NCBI GenBank assembly: GCA_963705255.1
Contig: OY970061.1
Location: 2,336,001-2,400,000 of the forward strand
Length of the DNA stretch: 64,000 nt
Reading direction: 5' to 3'
Source of the DNA: an uncultured Methanoregulaceae archaeon
GTDB lineage: Archaea; Halobacteriota; Methanomicrobia; Methanomicrobiales; Methanospirillaceae
Shown: positions 10,897 through 20,873 of the stretch, piece after piece
How the letters are laid out: every line of letters begins with the position of its first letter
How positions within the stretch are numbered: position 1 is the first letter of the stretch
The notes under the pieces: generated by a model
Told to the model about the DNA's origin: nothing
Seen by the model: the letters and a program-made list of their open reading frames with translations, nothing else
Databases searched by the model: none
Translations under genes and position numbers: made by a program

Positions 10897-11358
10897 ATGT
10901 ACGCAGTAGTTCAGGTCCGCGGGGTAGTGAAAACCCGGCGGGACATCAAGGACACGCTCAAGATGCTGCGCCTGCACCACATCAACCACTGTGTGCTCGT
11001 GCCGGACTCTCCCGAAAACCTCGGCATGATCCGGAAAGTAAAGGACTATGTCGCCTATGGCGAGGTCGATGCAGCGACCATCGAGACGCTGCTCCAGACC
11101 CGGGGCCGGGTTATCGGCGATGCACCGCTCACGGATGATTACATCAAGTCAAACTCAACGTACAGCGGTATTGCCGAATTCGCAAAAGCGCTAGCAGGCG
11201 GGGAGACGAAACTGCGCGATGTACCGGGGCTCAAGCCAGTACTCCGGCTTCACCCCCCGCGCAAGGGATACAAGACCACCAAACGCACCTTCCCACAAGG
11301 CGGAGCGCTTGGCTATTATGGTCAGGAGATCAATACTCTCCTCTACAAGATGAGGTGA
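10897..11358 (+). CDS. rpl30: 50S ribosomal protein L30
   Basis: TLKMLRL, RLHPPRKG. Confidence 0.97.
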   Translation: MYAVVQVRGVVKTRRDIKDTLKMLRLHHINHCVLVPDSPENLGMIRKVKDYVAYGEVDAATIETLLQTRGRVIGDAPLTDDYIKSNSTYSGIAEFAKALAGGETKLRDVPGLKPVLRLHPPRKGYKTTKRTFPQGGALGYYGQEINTLLYKMR

Positions 11359-11363
11359 TGAGG

Positions 11364-11792
11364 ATGCCAACCAACAAACGTTCAAAATACCGCGGATCGC
11401 GGACATGCGGTGGCGGCACCCACAAGAACCGCCGGGGTGCAGGCAACCGCGGAGGCAGGGGCCGTGCCGGTATCAACGCCCACCACTTTGTCAAGTGGTA
11501 CAAGGAGATGGGTGGACCGGTATTCGGTAAGGACGGGTTCTGCAACCCGACCGGAACCGAAGTAACAGCCATCGATGTCGGGGCACTGGATCAGATCGTT
11601 CCTTCGCTCCTTGCACAGGGTATTGCCAGGCAGGAGGGGGACGCAGTCGTGATCAATATCGCCGATATGGGCATTGAAAAAGTCCTTGGAAGCGGGAAGG
11701 TCACCCGAAAGATCAACATCTCTGCCGAAGCATTCTCCGATACCGCAAAGGCAAAGATCGAAAAGATGGGCGGAAAAGCACAGGTTGTTTAA
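11364..11792 (+). CDS. rpl15: 50S ribosomal protein L15
   Basis: RGSRTCGGG, RGGRGRAG, KVLGSG. Confidence 0.97.
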   Translation: MPTNKRSKYRGSRTCGGGTHKNRRGAGNRGGRGRAGINAHHFVKWYKEMGGPVFGKDGFCNPTGTEVTAIDVGALDQIVPSLLAQGIARQEGDAVVINIADMGIEKVLGSGKVTRKINISAEAFSDTAKAKIEKMGGKAQVV

Positions 11793-11822
11793 CGACCATA
11801 CAGACAATTTTTTGGTGAAACA

Positions 11823-13256
11823 ATGGGAAACCTGCTGGATCGAATGGAACCCCTGCTTGCTGCGATGCCCGCAGTCAAGAGCCCTGAGGGACACGTTCAT
11901 TTCAAGAATAAACTGATCTGGACGCTGGGAATATTGATTCTGTATTTTGTCCTGACGAATATCCCGATTTTCGGTCTTTCTCCCTCAAGTCAGGATTTAT
12001 TTTCGGCATGGCGTGCACTCCTCGCCGGTGCCAGTGGATCGATCGTTCACCTTGGTATCGGGCCGATCGTCACTGCGTCCATCGTTCTCCAGCTGCTGAA
12101 AGGTGCAGATATCCTTCACATTGACACGAGCGAGACACGCGGGCAGGTCATGTACATGGGACTGCAGAAGATCCTCATCATGGTGATGATCGTGATCGAG
12201 GCAGCGCCAAACCTTGTCGGCAGTTTCATGCAGCCCAATCCGACCATTGCCACCCAGTTCTTTGGCGGCAACCTGTTTGCCGTATCCCTCCTCATCTTCA
12301 TCCAGATCTGCATCGGGGGGGTCCTCATCTTCTTCATGGATGAAGTGGTGACCAAATGGGGCATCGGATCCGGTGTCGGTCTCTTCATCATTGCCGGAAT
12401 CTCCCAGGCGCTCGTCAGCGGGTTCATCAACTGGGCAAAGGTACAGGACCAGTATCCGACCGGGTTCTTCCCGCGACTCATCGCCATCGGGTTGGACGGG
12501 GGCAGTTATCTCACGTACTTCGGTACGAATATCCTCGCGTTCATCACGACGATCGCCATCTTCCTCATCATCGTATACGTGGAGTCCACGCGGATCGAGA
12601 TCCCCCTTGCTCATGCGCAGGTGCGGGGCGCCCGGGCCCGTTTCCCGGTCAAACTGATCTATGCGAGTGTCCTCCCCATGATCCTCGTGCGGGTACTGCA
12701 GGCAAATATCCAGATGGTCGGGATGTTCTTATCCAATGTCGGTATCACCATGTTCGGGACGTTCAGCGGCTCGACACCCCAGAATGGTATCATGTGGTAC
12801 CTTGCCCCGATCAATGGTCCGAGCCAGTGGATGTGGTGGACGACTGATCTCGGGCATGCGGTATGGCAGGTGCTATTACGGATGGGAATAGATATCACAT
12901 TCATGGTAGTCGGAGGTGCGATCTTTGCACTCTTCTGGATCAAGACTGCCGGGCTCGATTCAAAGGATGTGGCCCGCCAGATCCAGCTGTCCGGCATGTC
13001 CATCCCTGGCTACCGGCGGAACCCGCAGGTGCTTGAAAAGTACCTTGACCGGTATATTCCCCGTGTCACCGTTATCGGTGGTGTCTTTATCGGTGTGCTC
13101 AGTGTCATTGCAAACCTCTTTGGTGTCATCGGTGCGGTGAGCGGGACAGGGTTGCTCCTGACCGTAAGTATCACGTACCGTCTCTACGAGGAGATTGCAA
13201 GCCAGCAGATCATGGAAATGTACCCGTTCATGCGGACCTTCTTTGGCAAAGAGTAA
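11823..13256 (+). CDS. secY: Preprotein translocase SecY
   Basis: LGIGPIVTASI, GIGSGVGLFI, IPGYRR, GTGLLLTV. Confidence 0.98.
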   Translation: MGNLLDRMEPLLAAMPAVKSPEGHVHFKNKLIWTLGILILYFVLTNIPIFGLSPSSQDLFSAWRALLAGASGSIVHLGIGPIVTASIVLQLLKGADILHIDTSETRGQVMYMGLQKILIMVMIVIEAAPNLVGSFMQPNPTIATQFFGGNLFAVSLLIFIQICIGGVLIFFMDEVVTKWGIGSGVGLFIIAGISQALVSGFINWAKVQDQYPTGFFPRLIAIGLDGGSYLTYFGTNILAFITTIAIFLIIVYVESTRIEIPLAHAQVRGARARFPVKLIYASVLPMILVRVLQANIQMVGMFLSNVGITMFGTFSGSTPQNGIMWYLAPINGPSQWMWWTTDLGHAVWQVLLRMGIDITFMVVGGAIFALFWIKTAGLDSKDVARQIQLSGMSIPGYRRNPQVLEKYLDRYIPRVTVIGGVFIGVLSVIANLFGVIGAVSGTGLLLTVSITYRLYEEIASQQIMEMYPFMRTFFGKE

Positions 13257-13272
13257 CAGGAAAGGGACGAGG

Positions 13273-13845
13273 ATGGTTGGAAAAAAGGTCATCATAACCG
13301 GCGTACCGGGTGTCGGTAAGACAACGGTTGTCAACGAGGCATTAAAAAAACTCAAAACAATAGGCGTGGAGTACCAGTCGATCAATTTCGGCACCTTCAT
13401 GTTCGAGGTTGCAAAGAACGACAATCTCGTTCAGGACAGGGACCAGATGCGCACCCTGGACCGTGCAGACCAGAAGCGTCTCCAGCAGCGGGCAGCACAG
13501 GCTATCGCGCAGGTCCCGGGAAACGTGCTGATCGATACTCACGCGTCGGTCAAAACACCAAAAGGTTACCTTGCAGGGCTGCCCGAATGGGTGCTCCGCG
13601 AGATCATGCCGGATATCATCATCCTTGTTGAGACCGATGATGACCAGATCCTCATCCGCCGGCTCACGGACGAGACGAGAGCCCGGGACAAAGAGGGGTC
13701 CCGGTCCATCTCAGAGCACCAGCAGTTCAACCGCTCCATTGCCGCGGCATACGCGATGATGACCGGGTGTACGATAAAAATTATCACGAACGCTGATTTC
13801 CTGCTCGAACGGTCCTCAACCGAACTTGCAGAAGTCCTCAGGTGA
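13273..13845 (+). CDS. adkA: Archaeal adenylate kinase
   Basis: GVPGVGKTT P-loop, IDTH, GLPEWV. Confidence 0.95.
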   Translation: MVGKKVIITGVPGVGKTTVVNEALKKLKTIGVEYQSINFGTFMFEVAKNDNLVQDRDQMRTLDRADQKRLQQRAAQAIAQVPGNVLIDTHASVKTPKGYLAGLPEWVLREIMPDIIILVETDDDQILIRRLTDETRARDKEGSRSISEHQQFNRSIAAAYAMMTGCTIKIITNADFLLERSSTELAEVLR

Positions 13846-13849
13846 ATAA

Positions 13850-14461
13850 ATGAATTTCCACAAGATCTGGGATCAATACAGTATCTGGCTCACCTTCGGC
13901 TTCATGTTCCTCATGATGTGGGCATATACGGTCCCGTGGCTGCGTCAGGATGTCGGCCAGAACATGGACGCGGCGTTTGCCCCGTTTGTCACAGAATTCA
14001 ATATCCCCTTTTATGTCCTGATCATCGGCCTCTCAGGTCTCACGGGCCTGTACTCGTCTATCGTCCAGAAGTACACGATCGATTATGAGAAGATGACCGA
14101 GTCACAGGAACGGATGAAGGAGTTCCAGGCAGAGTACCGTGAAGCCCAGCTCTCCCAGGACGAAAAGAAGATCAAGAAACTGGAAGCGAAAAAAGACCGG
14201 GTCATGAAGGAACAGCTCGAGATGTCCCAGCAGCAGTTCAAGCCGATGGCGTATATCCTTGTCCTGACCGTCCCGATCTTTTTCTGGCTTCTCTACCGCC
14301 TGAGCCAGATAAAGAGCACGATAACCATGCCGTATCTCGGGACCCATAACCTCCCTGAAGCGGTCATCTGGGTGATCCCGGCGTGGATGATCTGGTACAT
14401 GGTCTGTTCTATCACCTTAAGCCAGGTCATCCGGAAGTCCTTAAACATCGGAGGACTCTAA
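13850..14461 (+). CDS. DUF106 / EMC3-TMCO1 family membrane insertase
   Basis: TM-coiled coil-QFKPM-TM, WMIWY; conserved position after adk. Confidence 0.88.
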   Translation: MNFHKIWDQYSIWLTFGFMFLMMWAYTVPWLRQDVGQNMDAAFAPFVTEFNIPFYVLIIGLSGLTGLYSSIVQKYTIDYEKMTESQERMKEFQAEYREAQLSQDEKKIKKLEAKKDRVMKEQLEMSQQQFKPMAYILVLTVPIFFWLLYRLSQIKSTITMPYLGTHNLPEAVIWVIPAWMIWYMVCSITLSQVIRKSLNIGGL

Positions 14462-15004
14462 ATGAGGATCACCGTGAGCGGGCTGCCCGGAAGCGGGACA
14501 ACCTCACTCTCACGGTACCTTGCGGAGCGCCACGGGTTTTCCATGATCTCTGCGGGAGAGGTCTTCCGCCAGCTCGCACAGGAACACAACATGGAGCTGG
14601 CCCGGTTCGGCAACCTTGCCCGGCAGGATCCCTCCTATGATAAGATGATCGATGCCCGCCAGAAAGAGATCGCACAGGAGCGGGACGACATCATTGTTGA
14701 AGGCAGGCTCTCCGGCTGGATGGTTGATGGTGCGGATCTCAAAGTCTGGCTCTATGCCCCCATCGGCTGCCGGATACAACGGATTGCCACCCGCGACAAC
14801 GTGGCTGATGAAAAAACAGCAGCGGCGCTCACACTGGAACGGGAACAGTGCGAGGCTGACCGCTATCGCTCGTACTATTCCATCGATATCTCGGATCTCT
14901 CCATCTATCACATCATCCTGAACTCGGAACACTGGGGTGTCGAAGGATTGGGTGCGATCATTGATACGGCGATCGCCCGGCTGAAACCTGATGAAACCCG
15001 ATAA
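14462..15004 (+). CDS. cmk: Cytidylate kinase
   Basis: SGLPGSGTTS, SAGEVFR, EGRLSGW. Confidence 0.93.
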   Translation: MRITVSGLPGSGTTSLSRYLAERHGFSMISAGEVFRQLAQEHNMELARFGNLARQDPSYDKMIDARQKEIAQERDDIIVEGRLSGWMVDGADLKVWLYAPIGCRIQRIATRDNVADEKTAAALTLEREQCEADRYRSYYSIDISDLSIYHIILNSEHWGVEGLGAIIDTAIARLKPDETR

Positions 15005-15112
15005 CCGTTTGTTCTGCGGTAGAGCCGCAGGCCCGATGACTTCTCTGCAGGCCGGTGATGGTATATCCGGAGAACTTTTTCGTGAGCACGCACATAATCA
15101 CTCCTGCGGAAG

Positions 15113-15544
15113 GTGACTGGATTGGACGATGAAATTGCCATCCGGCTGGTTGATACCTGGGACAAGGACGAGATTGTCCAGCTCTATCGCGCAGGCGGGT
15201 GGTGGAAGGACGAATATGATCTTGACTCGCTTCCCGGCCTGATCCGGGGCAGCTTCGCCTTCGCTGTCGCGATCGATCGGAAAACCGGGCATGCGATCGG
15301 GATGGGGAGGGTTATCTCTGACGGCGTCTTTGACGGGTACATCCAGGATCTTGTCGTTCTTCCCGCCTACCGGAAGAGGGGGATCGGTGCGGGGATTATT
15401 GCGGCGCTGGTCGCTCGATGTACCGGTTCGGGAATCTCCTGGATCGGGCTCATCGCGGAACCCGGCACCCAGTCATTTTACCAGCCCCTGGGGTTCTCTC
15501 CGATGAAAGGGTATATCCCCCTGCTGCTGAAGAGGGATCCATGA
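15113..15544 (+). CDS. GNAT family N-acetyltransferase
   Basis: IQDLVVLPAYRKRGIG motif A, FYQPLGF. Confidence 0.9.
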   Translation: MTGLDDEIAIRLVDTWDKDEIVQLYRAGGWWKDEYDLDSLPGLIRGSFAFAVAIDRKTGHAIGMGRVISDGVFDGYIQDLVVLPAYRKRGIGAGIIAALVARCTGSGISWIGLIAEPGTQSFYQPLGFSPMKGYIPLLLKRDP

Positions 15545-16437
15545 TGCTTACCCAGGATAATTTCAGGCCCGTGACCCTTGCAGACCGGGAATTTTTCGAG
15601 AAGCACTATGCCCATTACCCTCAGGTCCACAGTGATAACACCTTCACCAACATGGTCTGCTGGAACCATTATGCCTCATACAGTTTCGCCTATGTTGAGA
15701 AAAATGTCGTAATTGCAAGCACGATCGGCAGCGTCACGAGGTTCCGAGCCCCGATCGGCCCCCGGAACCCGGCACTTCTCCGGTCCCTGATCCGCTTGGC
15801 ATCGGACGTCAGTGACAACGAGCCTGTCGTCCTGATCGATCCCGAGACCGCCATCTGGATGCGGGAAGTCTGTCCCGGGATCAACCTGGTCCCCGACCGG
15901 AACCACTTCGAATACGTGTACCGCTCCCTCGACCTCGCGGAGCTTCCCGGAAAAAATTACCTGACTATCCGCCGCCAGGTCAACAAGTTCCGTCGTACCT
16001 GCGCGAACACGGTCGAGCCGATCTCACGGGAAAACTGGGAGGAAGTAAAACGGTTCCTCATCGAGTGGTGTGAATGGAAAGGCTGCGAAGGCGACCCGGT
16101 CCTTGCGCACGAGAAGGAAGCGGTTTTTTTTGCCATCGACCATTTCGACGAGCTCCCGCTCAGCGGGCTTATTATCCGGGTCTTCTCCAAGGTCGGCGCC
16201 ATCGCGCTCTTCGAACCCATGACCGAGGATACGGCGCTCGTGCATTTCGAGAAAGGCCTGCCCGACTGCGAAGGCATCTACAAGGCGATCAATACTGAGA
16301 CGGCCGCAATTCTTGCAAAGCGGTTTGCCTACATAAACCGCGAAAGCGACCTCGGCGTCGCCGGCCTGCGGGAGGCGAAGATGAGGTACCACCCGCACCA
16401 TATGGTGGAAGTCTTCTCGATGAAGCGGGATTCGTAA
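15541..16437 (+). CDS. DUF2156 (aminoacyl-tRNA-dependent transferase-like) protein
   Basis: EYVYRSLDLAELPGK, VHFEKG, YINRESDLGVAGLREAKMRYHP. Confidence 0.88.
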   Translation: MMLTQDNFRPVTLADREFFEKHYAHYPQVHSDNTFTNMVCWNHYASYSFAYVEKNVVIASTIGSVTRFRAPIGPRNPALLRSLIRLASDVSDNEPVVLIDPETAIWMREVCPGINLVPDRNHFEYVYRSLDLAELPGKNYLTIRRQVNKFRRTCANTVEPISRENWEEVKRFLIEWCEWKGCEGDPVLAHEKEAVFFAIDHFDELPLSGLIIRVFSKVGAIALFEPMTEDTALVHFEKGLPDCEGIYKAINTETAAILAKRFAYINRESDLGVAGLREAKMRYHPHHMVEVFSMKRDS

Positions 16438-16468
16438 CCGGACCTGTTTTCAAAAAAAAAATATCCGG

Positions 16469-17062
16469 TCAATGAACGGTTGCCATTGCCATCACGCCCG
16501 AAGCGATGATCTTGATGGCAATGGCCGCAACGAGCATGCCGAGAACCTTGCCCATGATATCGGTGACAACTTCGCCAAGTACGCGCTGGATCAGTTCAGA
16601 ATAGTACAGGATGAGCCAGGTAGCGAGGAGCGAGAGGGTGATTGCGATAAATGGGATGAGGAGCCCGTAATCCTTTGAAAGGAGCATCACGGTAGTGATC
16701 GTCCCCGGTCCGCAGAGGAGCGGTGTTCCGATGACCACGCCCGCTGCGGTTTTTGCCCGATCTTTGCAGTGGCCTATCTCGATCCCGAGCGCCTCCTGGA
16801 TCCCGAGGAGGAAGAGAAGGATGCCGCCGGCTATCTGGAAACTCGGCAGGGTCAGCCCGAGGATATCAAAGATCGTTTTGTTGAAGATGAGGAAAAGGTA
16901 CATCAGCCCCCCTGCGACAGAGACTGCAATGAACGCCTGTTTATGAATTTCTGCCGGGGTCTGCCCTTTCGTCATCGCAGCAAATATGGGTACGGAGAGG
17001 AGAGGGTCCAGGATGATGAACAGGGCGGCGAAGGAGTAGATAATACCGGGAATGAGGTCCAT
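16469..17062 (-). CDS. MarC family membrane protein
   Basis: LFIILDP, FQIAGGILLF, PLLCGPGTIT. Confidence 0.9.
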   Translation of the reverse strand: MDLIPGIIYSFAALFIILDPLLSVPIFAAMTKGQTPAEIHKQAFIAVSVAGGLMYLFLIFNKTIFDILGLTLPSFQIAGGILLFLLGIQEALGIEIGHCKDRAKTAAGVVIGTPLLCGPGTITTVMLLSKDYGLLIPFIAITLSLLATWLILYYSELIQRVLGEVVTDIMGKVLGMLVAAIAIKIIASGVMAMATVH

Positions 17063-17262
17063 TTTCGTCTGATCAGGAATATACGCTCTTATCTGGGATA
17101 AAATTAGGGTTCAGCCGTCCTGCGGACCCGTGCGGGCTGCACGGTACGGTCCGGCCGTTTTGCATTATTCATAATATATAAAAGCCGGCACTCTCTATGT
17201 TCAAGTAAAGCGGAACCTTTCCTGCAATGGCAGAAGAGAGAGGCCGCGATGGTGAAGTTTTC

Positions 17263-17839
17263 ATGGCAAAAGCAGCAACATCGTCGAAAAAAGGTGGTCT
17301 GAAGAAGGCCACGAAACCTGCGGCAGCGAACAAGCGATCTGCATCCGCGGTGAGGAAATCCGTACCTGAGAGGAAGGCCCCTGCGAAGAAAACGACCGCG
17401 ATAAAGAAGGGGGCGACGAAAGTCTCCCCAAAAAAGAAGGCTGGAAAAGCGGCATCAAAGGATATGACACGGTACAAGTGCAGACTCTGCGGGTACGTCT
17501 ATTCGCCCTTCCGTGGGGAACCGCACAACGGCATCCCTGCAGGTACTGCTTTTGAAGATCTCCCGGAGACATATGTCTGTCCGGTGTGCGGAATGGAGGG
17601 AAAGGGGAAGATTGGCAAGTGGGGCTTTGATGAATGGCGGTCCGACCCGCTATATCTGTTCCATGTGCGATTATATCTATGATGAAAAACGCGGCGAACC
17701 CCATCGTGGTATTAAACCCGGGACAAAATTTGAGGACCTTCCGGATGATTATGTCTGTCCTGTCTGTGCAACTGATCCTAAAATTGTATTACGATATGGG
17801 AATGTTGTCAAGCAGGGTTTTTCACCGTTGTATGATTGA
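17263..17839 (+). CDS. Tandem-rubredoxin protein with Lys/Ala-rich N-terminus; frameshift near 17641
   Basis: CRLCGYVY...CPVCG in one frame and CSMCDYIY...CPVCA in the next; removing one base at GAATGGCGG-T-CCGACC joins them. Confidence 0.82.
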
Positions 17840-17923
17840 GATAATCCCAAATCTTTTTCACGAAATGTATTTTTTGGTTCTGGAGAAATCATTGGCTTTC
17901 ATCACAAACGCTCTTGGGGGAGA

Positions 17924-17979
17924 CTGCTGTTCCCGAAGGGAAGAGCAGGCTGGAGAAGAACTCGTCAGAGTTCTTCGAC
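17924..17979 (+). repeat. Two hairpins of the dispersed GA/GNA-loop palindrome family
   Basis: CTGCTGTTCCC-GAA-GGGAAGAGCAG and GGAGAAGAACTC-GTCA-GAGTTCTTCGAC, the latter near reverse complement of 21883-21910. Confidence 0.75.
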
Positions 17980-18299
17980 TTGGGAGAGAGGGGGTCACAC
18001 TCATAACTATTTAAGAATATAAGCGAATCACACGATAAAACCGGGTTTCTACAGAGCCCATTTTTTTAATACTCGCACAATCATGCTCTGAATATGAACA
18101 ATCCCTGCACTTCCCCGTTGTATCCGTCTCCTTTTCCGGAGTGATATTCGGCAATTCCCGAGTGAACCCGGCTTCGTGTTCGAATGTGTCGGACTATGGA
18201 TGTATCGAAGTCAACACCGCCCCTGTCCAAACCCGAACCTTTTATTGGGTGGACTGGTTTACAGTAAAGGTACAGGATTGGCTGTCAGGAAGACTGACG

Positions 18300-18641
18300 A
18301 TGACACTCTGCACCACAGAAAACGAGGGGGAGATCATTTTTGTCCATATGCCCCCCCAGATCGACCACGTTATGGCGATGGGCCTGGACCTTGAGCTCAA
18401 AGGTTGGGTTCTCGAAGGGCCACGAGTGCTGCTCTGTGACTTTTCCGGGACCCGGTACATCTCGAGTTCCGGGCTCCGGGTCATCCTGGCGATCGCAAAG
18501 ATGATGAAGAGTTCCGGAGGGAGGTTCGGAATATATTCCCTTTCGCCGTTTGTTGCCCACATCTTCAGCATGTCCGGGTTCTCTCAGCTCATTTCCATCT
18601 ATGCATCCAGACCTGACGCGGTCCGGGCTGTATCCACCTGA
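18300..18641 (+). CDS. STAS domain protein (anti-sigma-factor antagonist-like)
   Basis: DFSGTRYISSSGLRVIL, IFSMSGF. Confidence 0.85.
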   Translation: MTLCTTENEGEIIFVHMPPQIDHVMAMGLDLELKGWVLEGPRVLLCDFSGTRYISSSGLRVILAIAKMMKSSGGRFGIYSLSPFVAHIFSMSGFSQLISIYASRPDAVRAVST

Positions 18642-18959
18642 CAGTCCCCCTGTGCGGTATGAAAGAGCGACTGGTCTTCCGGAGAGTACCCGGCCCTCCT
18701 GAATTTTGCGATACCTCACCGGACAAACCCTTCCGGGCAGGGAATAACGGGCTGCCGCCCGTTGTCCCGGTGAGCCGGCGAGGGTGCCTGGCTCATCGTC
18801 ACACTACTCTTCATTTCCTTTATGCCTGAACGGAGACTCCACAGCTGTCACGTATCCGCGTCAACTCCAACGATTGTATCGAACCATATCTCAGGGTTGC
18901 GCCGGTATCACCATAATTATAAACCTCCTGGCAGTTTAAATTTGAAACGAGGGATCTCT

Positions 18960-19655
18960 ATGGGCCTGTTCAATACCTTTCGGAGTATCGCGCCGGGTAT
19001 AGTTTTTCTCTCTCTTCTCGTGAGTGCCATTGTGCTCATCGTCTGGGTCTCGGCGGCGGACACGAGTAATACCTACGAAGGGTATCTTGGGGATACCATC
19101 GACCTCCACGGAGTGTCCTACAAAGGAGATCAGGTATACCTGTTCTTTACCGGCCCGGGCCTGCCTGATAACGGGGTCACTCTCGATGATCCTTCATTGC
19201 GTGCAGACCAGGGACATTTCACGATTGTCGGCCTCAACAGCAACCAGCAGTGGGCGATGACATGGGACACGTTCAGGATTGAAAATCAGATCAGTCCCGG
19301 TTCGTACACCGTCTATGTGGTGACCAGTCCTGTCGATAAATCCGGTCTCGCCGGCGCCAGCTACCAGACCCTGACCGTGGATCTGAAAAATCCCGAATCA
19401 CCGGGGTATTCTTCATCTGCAGGGACCGAGTATACGCTCAATCCGGAAAAGTTTACCAGGGATTCTGAGACACCAGTTCCCCCAACGACAACCATCGCCC
19501 CTGTCAGAACGCCGCCTACGGTCGTACCGGTAAATCTGTCAACCACTCTCTCAGCGAGCACAGCCCCCACCACGCAGAAATCCGCCCTATTCCCGTTCCA
19601 ATCTCTCCTTGGTGTGACCTGTGCCCTTGTGGCATTCCTGTACAGAAAAAGTTGA
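18960..19655 (+). CDS. Exported protein with Thr/Pro-rich linker and C-terminal membrane anchor
   Basis: Hydrophobic N-terminus, PTT-rich stretch, TTQKS-hydrophobic-RKS C-terminus. Confidence 0.75.
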   Translation: MGLFNTFRSIAPGIVFLSLLVSAIVLIVWVSAADTSNTYEGYLGDTIDLHGVSYKGDQVYLFFTGPGLPDNGVTLDDPSLRADQGHFTIVGLNSNQQWAMTWDTFRIENQISPGSYTVYVVTSPVDKSGLAGASYQTLTVDLKNPESPGYSSSAGTEYTLNPEKFTRDSETPVPPTTTIAPVRTPPTVVPVNLSTTLSASTAPTTQKSALFPFQSLLGVTCALVAFLYRKS

Positions 19656-19809
19656 GGCCCCAGGGCCAGCCCCTCCTTTTTGCCGGTTATTCAGAAGGAT
19701 CTTCGGGTTTCGCTGCATTTCCACTTCTCCCTGAGAAGGGGGAATCACCAAAAAGAAATTTCCCTCCATACAACAGGAAGGTATTATCATACCCCGTGTG
19801 AATGGTAAT

Positions 19810-20445
19810 ATGAGTGGTATGGACATCCCCGCAATGCTTGACAAGGCGCACATCCTCGCGAAGACCGGGCGTTATGACGATGCTATTTCCCAGTATGACA
19901 ATATCCTCAAGATTGACGGGAACAATACGGTGGCGCTTGAAAACAAAGGCAAGGTCTATTACTACCTCGGCAGGCACGAGGATGCCATTGCCTGTTATGA
20001 CAAGGCGATTGCCATCAATCCGGACCTCGTCACGGTCTGGTACGAAAAAGGCTACACCCTGCGAAAGATCCGCCGGCATGAAGAGGCGATAGACTGTTTC
20101 GATCATGCCCTCTCGATCGATCCGGAGTACAGCTTCGCTCTTTCCAACAAGGGATATTCCTTAAACGAGCTGGGGAGATACAAAGAGGCGATCACCTGCT
20201 TTGATCTCATACTCGAATCCAGTCCGAAAAACATCCGGGCAATGACGGCAAAAGGGATTGCCCTCCGGGAACTCGGGAAAAATGAAGAAGCCCTCAGATA
20301 TTTCGAAAAAGCGATTGAATCCAACCCGATCAATTCGTTCGTCTGGTACAATAAGGCGATAGCGCTCCGCAACCTCGGGAGGTTGAAGGAAGCGGACGAG
20401 GCGATAAGGATCGTGAACTTCCCGCAGCGAACGGGGAGAACATAG
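19810..20445 (+). CDS. Tetratricopeptide repeat protein
   Basis: Repeated NKG...LGR.EEAI.CFD.A...P units. Confidence 0.9.
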   Translation: MSGMDIPAMLDKAHILAKTGRYDDAISQYDNILKIDGNNTVALENKGKVYYYLGRHEDAIACYDKAIAINPDLVTVWYEKGYTLRKIRRHEEAIDCFDHALSIDPEYSFALSNKGYSLNELGRYKEAITCFDLILESSPKNIRAMTAKGIALRELGKNEEALRYFEKAIESNPINSFVWYNKAIALRNLGRLKEADEAIRIVNFPQRTGRT

Positions 20446-20590
20446 GGAAATCGCTCATCCCGGCACCCGGGAGGTTGCCAATTCATTTTTCAGATCAGTT
20501 CCCTGATGACAGTGATTATGGCAAAACCCTTCGCAGACAGATAAACGGAGGGAGCAAAAACCGGAATCAGGTCTCGGATGTAGTGACAGT

Positions 20591-20734
20591 CTAATAATAC
20601 ATCTTGCATCCAAGAAACCCGAGATACAGCCCGCCTGCTATAACAGTCAACGAGGTGAAGCCTGCAAGGAGGAATGCGAACCATACCATCCCTCCGCCGA
20701 TTATCTCTATCTCGTTCTTTGTCTGTTCATTCAT
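20591..20734 (-). CDS. Small hydrophobic peptide (47 aa), hypothetical
   Basis: MNEQTKNEIEIIGGGMVWFAFLLAGFTSLTVIAGGLYLGFLGCKMYY. Confidence 0.4.
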   Translation of the reverse strand: MNEQTKNEIEIIGGGMVWFAFLLAGFTSLTVIAGGLYLGFLGCKMYY

Positions 20735-20873
20735 CTGAATAGGACCACGGTTATGCCGTCGTAAAAATGGTATACGGCCAGGATCTGATGCATCTGCTGG
20801 TGGTTTGTGAATTTTTCCCCTCGAAAGAATTTTTACATCAACCGCAGACGCGCCAGAACCGATGCCGGGCAGG

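Noticed and set aside
9421-10989. Long antisense ORFs (also 3497..4522, 32010..33158, 48947..50245)
   Set aside because: Shadow frames of GC-rich, codon-biased genes on the opposite strand, with no recognisable motifs
18740-18800. Two GC-rich hairpins between the STAS and exported-protein genes
   Set aside because: No match to the GA/GNA family and no other support beyond chance folding or a terminator
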